A stretch of DNA of 14,653 bases from Oculatellaceae cyanobacterium bins.114 (GCA_033764315.1 JANRJA010000153.1:1-14653); one strand, 5' to 3'. Positions 1-7,958 are shown, numbered from the stretch's first letter. A program made the numbers and translations. Notes: generated by a model from the letters alone, not told the origin.

Positions 1-1
1 C

Positions 2-193
2 AATATGCCCGGAGCCGTTCCCTGGACAGCAACACAAGCCCTCAACAACAGTACGCTGCCCTATGTGTTGAAACTGGCAAATGACGGCATCAAAGCGTTA
101 GATCGGGATGAATCGTTGGCGAAAGGGCTGAATGTCAGCCAACACAAATTAGTACATCCAGCCGTGCAGCAGGTTTTTCCAGATTTGGTGTAG
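2..193 (+). CDS. ald: Alanine dehydrogenase, C-terminal end (gene starts upstream of the window)
   Basis: Frame is open from the window start and reads NMPGAVPWTATQALNNSTLPYVLKLA...LAKGLNV...HPAV, the typical AlaDH C-terminus. Stop TAG at 191-193. Confidence 0.9.
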   Translation, partial: NMPGAVPWTATQALNNSTLPYVLKLANDGIKALDRDESLAKGLNVSQHKLVHPAVQQVFPDLV

Positions 194-213
194 GAAAAAT
201 ATGGGGGATGCGA

Positions 214-2535
214 CTATTCCCCAACCGCAGGGACACGATTCATCGCATCCCTGCGGGGCAACGTAAACCAAAACGTGGTTCCTTTTCCGGGGTAGCTGTT
301 CACGCCAATTTCACCCTGATGGGCGTGGATGATTTGGCGACAGAGGTATAGCCCCAAACCCAGACCGGGCGATCGCCGATTGTGGGTACCGCGTGAATAG
401 AGATCAAACAAGCGATCGTGCAAGTCAGGGCTAATGCCAATGCCGCTATCTTGCACGGTGCATCGCATGTAATCTCCTTCGACAGTGGCGTTGAGCGTAA
501 CGTTCACACCAGGGGGGTTGTATTTCAACGCATTGGTAATCAAGTTTTCAAACACTCGCCAAAGCTGGGTTGGGTCAGCATGAACGATCGCCCCAGGGGT
601 GGAGATGAGATTGGTCAAATTGGCTCGGCTCTGAAGCACGAGAGGTTCGATGTCGGCTAAAACGGCTTGCACGACGGGGTCTAGAGCGATCGCCTGAGGG
701 TGATGTGGCATCTCGGCTTTGGTGTTGACATGTGCTTCTAATAACGAGTCGATCAAACGCATTTGGCGATCGCCCCCTTGGACAATTCGCTCTAAGGTTG
801 ACCGTGGCATTACGACTGGGTCATTTGGTTTTTTGAGCAAACGACTCAACACCATTGCAGTGCCAATCACGGGGGTTCGCAGGTCATGAGTGACTGAGTG
901 TAAAAACACTTGAAGCTGTTGTCGTGACTCAAACTCAGCCCGTTGCAACCGTTCATACGTGTAGACACCCAAATCGCAAATCAGACAAACCCAACCAATA
1001 TACCAACTAAAACTAATGGCATCGGCCACTTCCATCTCAGGATCAGACCCATAAATCAGCACCAGAACAAAGTAAGCTGCAATCGTCATGATTTGTGCTA
1101 GAAGATGCAACTTCCACTGCACCGGAATCAAGGTTGCAAACATCAAAAAGATGACCGTCCAAATAAATCCTTCTGGATAACGCAAACCAATCAACATGAT
1201 TCCGACTTGCAAACCCACTGTAAAAGAGAGCACTAGTCCTAAAAATGCCAGGTCAGGTTGACTGTGCCCAAATCGACTGCGGTAAAACAAAAACCATAGG
1301 ATTAAACAGACACTAATCACTCCATGAGGAATCAGATCAGAGCTTTTGTGAGGATCAGCGATCGCACTATAAATTGTCGGCAACCCCAGAGCGCACAATG
1401 CTCCTAGTCCGACCCATCCCACCAGTTGCAGACGGTTAATTAGAAAGTGATATCGCCACAGTTTGTAATCGGTAGATGCGGCATAACTGTCTTCTGAAAT
1501 GACCTCTTTTAAGGGGGCGGTTGCCTGAAACAGACGAATGTGGCTGAGACGCTTTAAGGGAGTTGTATATAATTGCTGAGCCAGACCGTTGAAAGCGATC
1601 GCGATCGCCTGATGTTGGTTGGCTAACCAGGTACTTTGCAAAATGGCGGCGGTTGTCAAAGTGAAGTTATGTTTTGTGGTGCCTCTAGCTTGCTCTAACA
1701 ACACTTCAATTAAGGTGAGTTGGCGATCGCTGCTTTGATAAATCTCTTCTAAAGTGGCATGGGCGATCGCGATCTGCTCGCCTGTTTGCTCCAGCGATCG
1801 CTTTAATAAACTCAGGCTCTTTAATGTGGGCGATCGTAAATCTTGAGAAATGGTTTGAATCAAGGTTTGTAGTTCTCGTCGTGCCTCAAATTCGTCGCGT
1901 CGCAGTTGTTCATACAAATAAACCCCCAAGATGCAGCAAAACGAAATCCAGACAATAAACATCCAGATCATGACCTGCTCGGTCAACGGCAATGAAGAAA
2001 CCTGACCAAACCCAAGATTGAGAGCAAAAAACAGAATTAAGGCCCCTATATGAGCGGTTAAATGCAACCGCCAGCGAATCGGAATCGCTACTGCAAAGGT
2101 CAAAAACACTAATGACCATATGCCCAAATCAGGCTCGGCGTGCCCCAATAAAGAGATTCGGAGTTGACTAAACCAGATCACCGCCCAACACAAACCTAAG
2201 AACAATGCATCTGGGTGGGTACGACCGAACCGATTTTTGTGTAGAAGTAAACAGAGTGCCGCACTCGTTAACATCACAACATCACCAATCAGCCAAAACC
2301 AACCACTGGAATCATGTGGAATCACCAAGATCGACAATGCGATCGCACTTAAAAAGAAATAGAAAATTAACCGACTGGATAACTGCAATCGGTCAATCAA
2401 AAATTGGTGTTGCCATGCTTCATAGTCGGCAGATGCAGTTGAGGTGCTCACTTGTCTCAACCAGTTTAATAAGAGGTGAGTTGGTGAAACACGGTGTCGG
2501 ATGTTGCCTACAAGTTTCATGCACTTCTGAGTCAA
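214..2535 (-). CDS. Membrane sensor histidine kinase with an internally duplicated multi-TM + DHp module; HisKA and HATPase_c at the C-terminus
   Basis: H-box SVTHDLRTP, N-box VFENLITNALKY, G1 DSGIGI, F-box LFDLY, G2 GLGLGLYLCRQII, and GKGTTFWFTLP. Two homologous hydrophobic blocks. Start is TTG 2535 or ATG 2520. Confidence 0.92.
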   Translation of the reverse strand: MTQKCMKLVGNIRHRVSPTHLLLNWLRQVSTSTASADYEAWQHQFLIDRLQLSSRLIFYFFLSAIALSILVIPHDSSGWFWLIGDVVMLTSAALCLLLHKNRFGRTHPDALFLGLCWAVIWFSQLRISLLGHAEPDLGIWSLVFLTFAVAIPIRWRLHLTAHIGALILFFALNLGFGQVSSLPLTEQVMIWMFIVWISFCCILGVYLYEQLRRDEFEARRELQTLIQTISQDLRSPTLKSLSLLKRSLEQTGEQIAIAHATLEEIYQSSDRQLTLIEVLLEQARGTTKHNFTLTTAAILQSTWLANQHQAIAIAFNGLAQQLYTTPLKRLSHIRLFQATAPLKEVISEDSYAASTDYKLWRYHFLINRLQLVGWVGLGALCALGLPTIYSAIADPHKSSDLIPHGVISVCLILWFLFYRSRFGHSQPDLAFLGLVLSFTVGLQVGIMLIGLRYPEGFIWTVIFLMFATLIPVQWKLHLLAQIMTIAAYFVLVLIYGSDPEMEVADAISFSWYIGWVCLICDLGVYTYERLQRAEFESRQQLQVFLHSVTHDLRTPVIGTAMVLSRLLKKPNDPVVMPRSTLERIVQGGDRQMRLIDSLLEAHVNTKAEMPHHPQAIALDPVVQAVLADIEPLVLQSRANLTNLISTPGAIVHADPTQLWRVFENLITNALKYNPPGVNVTLNATVEGDYMRCTVQDSGIGISPDLHDRLFDLYSRGTHNRRSPGLGLGLYLCRQIIHAHQGEIGVNSYPGKGTTFWFTLPRRDAMNRVPAVGE
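225..256 (-). repeat. REP-like palindrome inside the 3' end of the kinase gene
   Basis: CCGCAGGGA-cacgattcatcgca-TCCCTGCGG. On the minus strand the two internal mismatches become G-U pairs, giving an almost fully paired hairpin. It encodes RRDAMNRVPA. Confidence 0.6.
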
Positions 2536-2604
2536 AAGATAGAAATCATGACCCAGTCAACTATGGGGGAGTTTCTCAAAACCACCATCCTGCCATCGGG
2601 TTAG

Positions 2605-4222
2605 CCTGCATTATTCATGAGCAGTAATGCAAGCAAACAAATGAGATGAGTCAGAGAATTGACCCCAGGATAAAGGGTTAAGCACGCCAACGAATCAGCG
2701 TTGATGGCATCAAAATGGCTGAAACAGGGGTATTTAAGGGTCAATAGACACACCAATCCTATCAAGGGGCAAAAATTAGGCTGATAGCGGTGCTATTGTG
2801 GCGACCAAGCGTGGCACAATCTGTCGCAATTGCTGCGCGACAGGACAGTGAGCGGCAAGCTCCACTAATACTCGTCGTGCCGAGACTCTGACTCTAGCTG
2901 CTCCTTTAATAAGCTTGGAGCGCAAGCGTTCGACCTGGGCAGTAGCAAACTCAGTCGTCTGAGCGGCTTGGCGAATCGTCAGCATCAGAATATAGGCAGC
3001 TTGCGCTAGCAAGAGGCGAAATTGGTTGGCGACAAAGGTATGGCAACTGAGACGGTCTGAGTGAATGCCCAACTTCAGTTCTTTGATGCGATGTTCACTG
3101 TCTGCTCCCCGCTTGACATAGAACTGGTCATAGAGGGCTTGAGGGGGTAACTCTAAATTGGTCAGGACAAAGCGAGGATTGGCACCTTTGGGCAACCATT
3201 CGGCTTTCATCACCAAGCGGCGAGGATAATCCCAACTAGCAGCGGCATAGTAGACATCATCGAACAAGCGTGCCTTTTGTTGGGTTTGGATGAACTGCAA
3301 TCGGGCACGCTCTAATAAGTGTGCGATTTTACGCTCGGTGACGGCATTGCGAGAAAAGCCAATGGCATAGCCAATGCCAGAGCGTTCACACACCCGCAGA
3401 ATTTCTGGCAAGGCAAAGCCTGCATCGGCTCTTAGGATCAGACGTACCCCTGGAAAGGCTCGTTTTAACCGCCAGAATAACCAGCGCAAAATCCCGGCAA
3501 CTCCTTTGCCCGGATGAGCGTTACCGGCTCTCAGTTGCAACACCAATGGGTAGCCACTGGTTGCCTCATTGATCAGCACGGGAAAGTACATGTGCTGCCC
3601 ATAATAGCCATGAAAACAACTCAACTGTTGGTTGCCGTGCGTGGGGTCATCCCAACCGTCGATATCTAACACAATCTCCTCTGGGGCCTGCTGGTAGCTC
3701 TCAACAAACCGCTCGATAACAGCTCCGCGCATCTTGCCCACTTCCCGTTGGCTCACCCGATTCTCCAGGCGAGTGATAGTCGGTTGGCTCGCTAGCAATT
3801 CTTCCTGGGCTAGGGGCAGTCGCCCACACGCAATCTTGTAAATCGGGTCATGGCGCAATATATTGCTATCGTTGGCATCTTCGTATCCCCCCACTAACTG
3901 ATACACCCGTTGGCTCACCAACTGCTGCAAGCGATGGGTAATTCGATTAGGGTCTCGCCACTCCTCAATGCACTCCGCTAAGTGATGGCAAATTTGTATC
4001 CGTTCTTCGGCTTGTCGTGCCAGCAAAATGCCTGCATCACAACTTAATTCCAAATCCGAAAATTGCACCACTAGGGGGCGTTGCTCGTAAAAATCGTAAG
4101 GGAGTTCTGAATTACAACCTGTCATGTCAAAATGGAAGCACTTAAAATCTTAGAGAGCTTGATTCTAAAGTGTTTCAAGCTCTTTTCTTGTGTCTATTTT
4201 GACTTTTGGTGAATAATCCAGG
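2605..4222 (-). mobile_element. IS1380-family insertion sequence, complete, 1618 bp
   Basis: Terminal inverted repeats CCTGCATTATTCA (2605-2617) and TGAATAATCCAGG (4210-4222) match 12/13 and start with CC. TTAG direct repeats flank it at 2601-2604 and 4223-4226. Intact transposase inside. Confidence 0.93.
2776..4125 (-). CDS. IS1380-family DDE transposase
   Basis: Motifs LSCDAGILL, QRVYQLVGGYEDANDSNILRHDP, LASQPTITRLEN, LDIDGWDDPTHGNQQ, LRAGNAH, LRADAGF, FYVKRG..EHRIKELK; 449 aa, uninterrupted. Confidence 0.95.
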   Translation of the reverse strand: MTGCNSELPYDFYEQRPLVVQFSDLELSCDAGILLARQAEERIQICHHLAECIEEWRDPNRITHRLQQLVSQRVYQLVGGYEDANDSNILRHDPIYKIACGRLPLAQEELLASQPTITRLENRVSQREVGKMRGAVIERFVESYQQAPEEIVLDIDGWDDPTHGNQQLSCFHGYYGQHMYFPVLINEATSGYPLVLQLRAGNAHPGKGVAGILRWLFWRLKRAFPGVRLILRADAGFALPEILRVCERSGIGYAIGFSRNAVTERKIAHLLERARLQFIQTQQKARLFDDVYYAAASWDYPRRLVMKAEWLPKGANPRFVLTNLELPPQALYDQFYVKRGADSEHRIKELKLGIHSDRLSCHTFVANQFRLLLAQAAYILMLTIRQAAQTTEFATAQVERLRSKLIKGAARVRVSARRVLVELAAHCPVAQQLRQIVPRLVATIAPLSA

Positions 4223-4505
4223 TTAGCCATCTGGTCAGACTTGTCGTTAGCCCCACTCCATCCCCTGTTGAGGCATAACTTGGAGATTTGGAATGCGATC
4301 GCTCAAGTAGATATGTAGAGCTTTGCTGTATATCTCCTTGAATTTAGGGAGATACACAGCAGGGTTGCTGTATATTCGCCGTTATAGGGTGAAACAATAG
4401 CAGAGCGATCGTTGATCTACCTAAAATAAGCAGGATCTACAGTTAAGCTCTGTACAATAAATTGTGATCTGGTTGTGATCTGGCAATCCCGAACCTTTCA
4501 TCTAT

Positions 4506-5711
4506 TTATAAGGAACGATCGCCAGTTTGGTTCAGCCATGAAACGAGAGCTGTGATTAACATTGTGGCTCCTGCGGCCAGAAATAAACCGGTCAAACTAC
4601 TATCGAGCAGCACACCAGAAATCGCTTGAGAAAAGGGATCAAGGGCGACTGCGGCAAACATGACCAGACTCATCATTCGCCCTTGCATTGCGATCGCCGT
4701 TTCTTGTTGCAGCCAGGTGAGTGCCAGTACACCGACAATTCCACCTCCGATGCCCATTGAGAGGATAATGACGGCAGCAGTCCAGGTATGAAAAACAAAT
4801 CCAAGGGCGATCAGTCCTATGCCTAAAGCACTTGCCAGTAAAACCAGGGGCGTTTGCAGCTGTTTAACGGCACTCATTCGGCTAGCAATCCACACGCCTG
4901 CTAACGCCCCAACCCCGTAAGCGGATTGCAGGTATCCAAAGGTGGTGGCATCTCCACCCAACCGACTGGCCACTAACTCGGCAACGCCAACGACGATTGG
5001 TCCCAGAATGGCGAAATTAATCATTGCGATCAACAGCAAACTGATCCGGATGCCGGGATGGTGGTTGGCATAGCGCAACCCTGCCCAAATGTCTTTGGTG
5101 AGGGTATGGGGTTCTAAAGGAGACGTGACTTTGAATTGACGAGTTCGTACCAGGTAGATGCAGCCCGCACCGATCGCAAATAAAGCGGTATTCAAGGCAA
5201 AGGCAGGGGTTAAACCAAACAGACCGATCGCGACACCGGCAAGGGCAGGTCCTAACACATTGCTGATCTGCTCGCTCCCCTGCATCCAGGCATTCGCCTG
5301 AACTAAGTGAGATTTGCGGATAATTCGGGGCAGTAACGCTAGCGTTGCTGGATATAAAAAGGCTTCTGAGATGCCGAATAGCCCTGAAATTAAGATCATC
5401 CCATACAGGTTGAACGTGTTGGTCAGTAAAAGCAGGGTCAATGAACCTGTGAGCAATGTGTTAGTAGCCGTTGCGATCGCGGCGATAGTGTTGGGTGGAA
5501 AGCGATCGCTGATTGCACCGCCAACGAGCATCAAGATGCCACGGGGAATGGCGGCTGCCATCAGGACAGTACCCAGGGCAATGCCCGAACCTGTTTTTTG
5601 TAAAACCAGCCAGGTCAGAGCAACAAACCAGAATTGAGCCGCACAATAAATCAAGGTTTGCCCGACCCAGAGCCAGCGAAAGTTAGGTTGTTTAAGAGAA
5701 GAATTAAACAT
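4506..5711 (-). CDS. MFS transporter (DHA3/MFS_3-like efflux type)
   Basis: 401 aa with about 12 hydrophobic segments; NFRWLWVGQ at the N-terminus, motif A-like GGAISDRFPP, QANAW...NVLGPALAG, and MQGRMMSL in the second half. Confidence 0.9.
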   Translation of the reverse strand: MFNSSLKQPNFRWLWVGQTLIYCAAQFWFVALTWLVLQKTGSGIALGTVLMAAAIPRGILMLVGGAISDRFPPNTIAAIATATNTLLTGSLTLLLLTNTFNLYGMILISGLFGISEAFLYPATLALLPRIIRKSHLVQANAWMQGSEQISNVLGPALAGVAIGLFGLTPAFALNTALFAIGAGCIYLVRTRQFKVTSPLEPHTLTKDIWAGLRYANHHPGIRISLLLIAMINFAILGPIVVGVAELVASRLGGDATTFGYLQSAYGVGALAGVWIASRMSAVKQLQTPLVLLASALGIGLIALGFVFHTWTAAVIILSMGIGGGIVGVLALTWLQQETAIAMQGRMMSLVMFAAVALDPFSQAISGVLLDSSLTGLFLAAGATMLITALVSWLNQTGDRSL

Positions 5712-5817
5712 AATGATGGGTTGCCTAATCAGGCGTTTGCTTGGCTGAGATGGGCTGAATCAGCGATGTACTGGAGGAGGATGCAGGTTTGCTGCAAACC
5801 CATACTCCTCCTGGCAA

Positions 5818-6552
5818 TTACGAATGCTGAATCGGTTGAATAGTTAATTCCGCCTGCCATTGAGCCAACGGTTTCTCCCAGCCCTCTTCCCACTTTTGGG
5901 CAAAAAGGGGTTTAGCCGCCTTACCCATCTGAAATCCCTGGGCGATCGCCGCCAGCAACTGGGGCAACATTTCTGGCTCCTTCAACGTGGTGGAGATTAA
6001 ACTATTCGCCACCAACATCGTTGCCAGCGGATAGGGAAACTGGGGCAAATGGAATGCCTGCAAGCCAATTTCATCGGCTAGAGAGGTACCAAATCCGGTG
6101 ATGATATGCCAGAGATCATGGGTCTGACTCAGCCGTAGCTCAACATATTCCGCATCTGATCTAGCGGTCATGCCAGCATGGAGATTGGGATCGAATCCTG
6201 TTTTCTTCATCTGGGCGGCGTAGATGTACCCCAGAGAATCGGGCGGCAGGGTTAGTAAAGCATCCAGGTCGTGTGCAGGTGGAATATAGCGATCGCGGAT
6301 CAGGGCAGCGCAAGCCGGATCTTGATTGAGATACTCAGCCAAGCGATCGTAGGCGGAAGTGCCTAACAAGCCATAGGCTAAATCACCAACTGCGTCCAGA
6401 CTATAATCTCCCAACAGCATTGAGGTGAATGACTTAGCAAGCAGCAGCTTTGACAGAACTGATTGCAAGCCTTTGAGAATTGGATTTTGCATCTGTTTTT
6501 GTACAGGAACATAGGCAGAAGCATTTGACGTAACAGAATTGAGTAGTTGCAT
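5818..6552 (-). CDS. Coq4-family protein
   Basis: Metal-binding motif HDxxH-x11-E (HDLWHIITGFGTSLADE) plus DLDALLTLPPDSLGYIYA and AKPLFAQKWEEGWEKPL. The start could be 6552 or the later ATG at 6492. Confidence 0.85.
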   Translation of the reverse strand: MQLLNSVTSNASAYVPVQKQMQNPILKGLQSVLSKLLLAKSFTSMLLGDYSLDAVGDLAYGLLGTSAYDRLAEYLNQDPACAALIRDRYIPPAHDLDALLTLPPDSLGYIYAAQMKKTGFDPNLHAGMTARSDAEYVELRLSQTHDLWHIITGFGTSLADEIGLQAFHLPQFPYPLATMLVANSLISTTLKEPEMLPQLLAAIAQGFQMGKAAKPLFAQKWEEGWEKPLAQWQAELTIQPIQHS

Positions 6553-6917
6553 AGAAAATCACTCAAAAAAAGGCTCTAACGTTGACAAAAGATTGACAGA
6601 TTGAACACACCAAAGACACTCAAAAACTTCTACCAGAGCAAGTCATTGAGCAACCCATAAACACCGACAAAATCAATCCGGGCGATCGCACTAAAATAGC
6701 GAACCTGTTCATGCATCCGTTCCACTCTGGATGCAAATAGCAATTTGAGTGGAGCGATCACCAACACAAACCAGGGGAAACATTGGTAGCGCACAAACCG
6801 AAACCCAAGATGGACATATTGCAGCAGACAGCAAGAACGCATACTGGCAGAGTCAGCTTTTGAAATCAGCAAATTCTGGGACATAACAGGACTCTCTGAC
6901 ACAAACCAGGCTAATAT

Positions 6918-6990
6918 ATGAGCATCACTCATGTTTTTATAATACGAGTATCCCTCATGTTTCGTCAAGAAAAACGTGAGTAATCCTCAT
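6918..6990. promoter_or_regulatory. Three tandem palindromic operators ATGAG-N5-CTCAT, probably TetR sites, overlapping divergent promoters
   Basis: 6918-6932 ATGAGcatcaCTCAT; 6944-6958 ACGAGtatccCTCAT; 6976-6990 GTGAGtaatcCTCAT; all with A/T-rich flanks. Minus-strand TTGACG (6968-6963)-N18-TATTAT (6944-6939); plus-strand TATAAT at 6938-6943. Confidence 0.8.
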
Positions 6991-7017
6991 TTATTTTTGA
7001 AGGTCAGGAAGAACGCA

Positions 7018-7692
7018 ATGTCTGAAAGCCCATCAACCGCAGGTGGAATGCGCCGCAAACCACGACAGGCTCGCAGTCAAGAGCGGGTCAATCGAATTCT
7101 GGATGTGGCAGAAGATCTGTTCGCTAGCCAGGGTTACGCCGCAACGACGACCAATGCGATCGCGACTCGTGCCGAAGTCCCGATCGGGTCGCTCTACCAG
7201 TTTTTTCCAGACAAATCCGCGATTCTGCAAGCCCTGGCACTCCGTTATGCAGAAAAGCTACATCAAGAGTTAGCTGTCGTTGATGAAGCTGAATTAGCAG
7301 CACTCTCTTTGTCAGATTATGTCAATCAGTTGATTGATACTACTGATCGATTCTTTTCCGAAAACCCCACCTACCATGCGATTTTCATGGAGGTGCAAGG
7401 AACGATACGCGAATTAACAGAAATCGATGAGGCAACCGATGCTCAGTTGATTCAGGATTTAGCCACTTCCTTAGCCAGACGCGATGCCAGCCTGGAGCCA
7501 GCCGATTATGAAGCGATCGCCTTTGTGTTGGTCAAAGCAACCGGGACATTATTATGGCTATCTCTCAGCCAAGAGAAAACGTTTCGGCAGCGACTGGTAG
7601 AAGAAACGAAACGATTCACATTAAAGTACTTGCAAAGCTACTTCCCATCCCATTCAATGCTAGATAACAACTCAAATGCAGCGGACGGTTGA
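7018..7692 (+). CDS. TetR/AcrR-family transcriptional regulator
   Basis: N-terminal HTH region RKPRQARSQERVNRILDVAEDLFASQGYAATTTNAIATRAEVPIGSLYQFFPDK. ATG 7018 follows AGGAAG; the ORF-track GTG at 6976 lies inside operator 3. Confidence 0.93.
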   Translation: MSESPSTAGGMRRKPRQARSQERVNRILDVAEDLFASQGYAATTTNAIATRAEVPIGSLYQFFPDKSAILQALALRYAEKLHQELAVVDEAELAALSLSDYVNQLIDTTDRFFSENPTYHAIFMEVQGTIRELTEIDEATDAQLIQDLATSLARRDASLEPADYEAIAFVLVKATGTLLWLSLSQEKTFRQRLVEETKRFTLKYLQSYFPSHSMLDNNSNAADG

Positions 7693-7749
7693 CAACCTCA
7701 GGGGCAGGGTTCAAAATAGCTGGCCGCCGCTGGTTTGAGCCGTTAGCTG

Positions 7750-7819
7750 TATAGCAGTCCTAAATCATTTGTGAAGTTAGGAGGGGTGCGACTCTCACAA
7801 CCCATTTAGGATTGCTATA
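7750..7819. mobile_element. 70-bp MITE-like inverted-repeat element bounded by TA
   Basis: TATAGCAGTCCTAAAT (7750-7765) and ATTTAGGATTGCTATA (7804-7819) are 15/16 inverted, continued by TTGTGA/TCACAA. TA at both ends fits IS630/Tc1-type target duplication. Confidence 0.65.
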
Positions 7820-7958
7820 GACCTCGCATGAAATCGGAAAAAGCTGTATATTCGGTAGTATCAGTATCTCTAAATAGACGAGCAGACTCGATACCTAATA
7901 TTCTTCAATCTCACGTTGCCCCTTAGCAAAAGCTTAATTTTTTGGGGAAGGTGAAGAC

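Noticed and set aside
418..2627. Short ORFs 418-660, 1910-2119 and 2205-2627
   Set aside because: They are antisense or off-frame shadows of the kinase; the last one ends inside the IS end.
4462..4483. Tandem TTGTGATCTGG x2 (similarly AGCCATTGTTA x2 near 12725-12749)
   Set aside because: Two-copy micro-duplications in 3' regions, most simply replication slippage.
5818..6552. Calling this gene a ubiquinone biosynthesis gene
   Set aside because: Only family membership is supported; there are no quinone pathway genes nearby and cyanobacteria use plastoquinone.
6885..6968. TTG-start portion of the 112-aa ORF 6630-6968
   Set aside because: The TTG is the predicted -35 hexamer and this segment spans the promoter and operators.
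6976..7017. GTG-start N-terminal extension of TetR
   Set aside because: The GTG is part of operator 3; ATG 7018 has an SD and precedes the HTH region.
5314..7273. ORFs 5314-5637, 5461-5646, 5634-5843, 6378-6566, 7033-7230 and 7043-7273
   Set aside because: They overlap well-supported genes and show no recognisable motifs.
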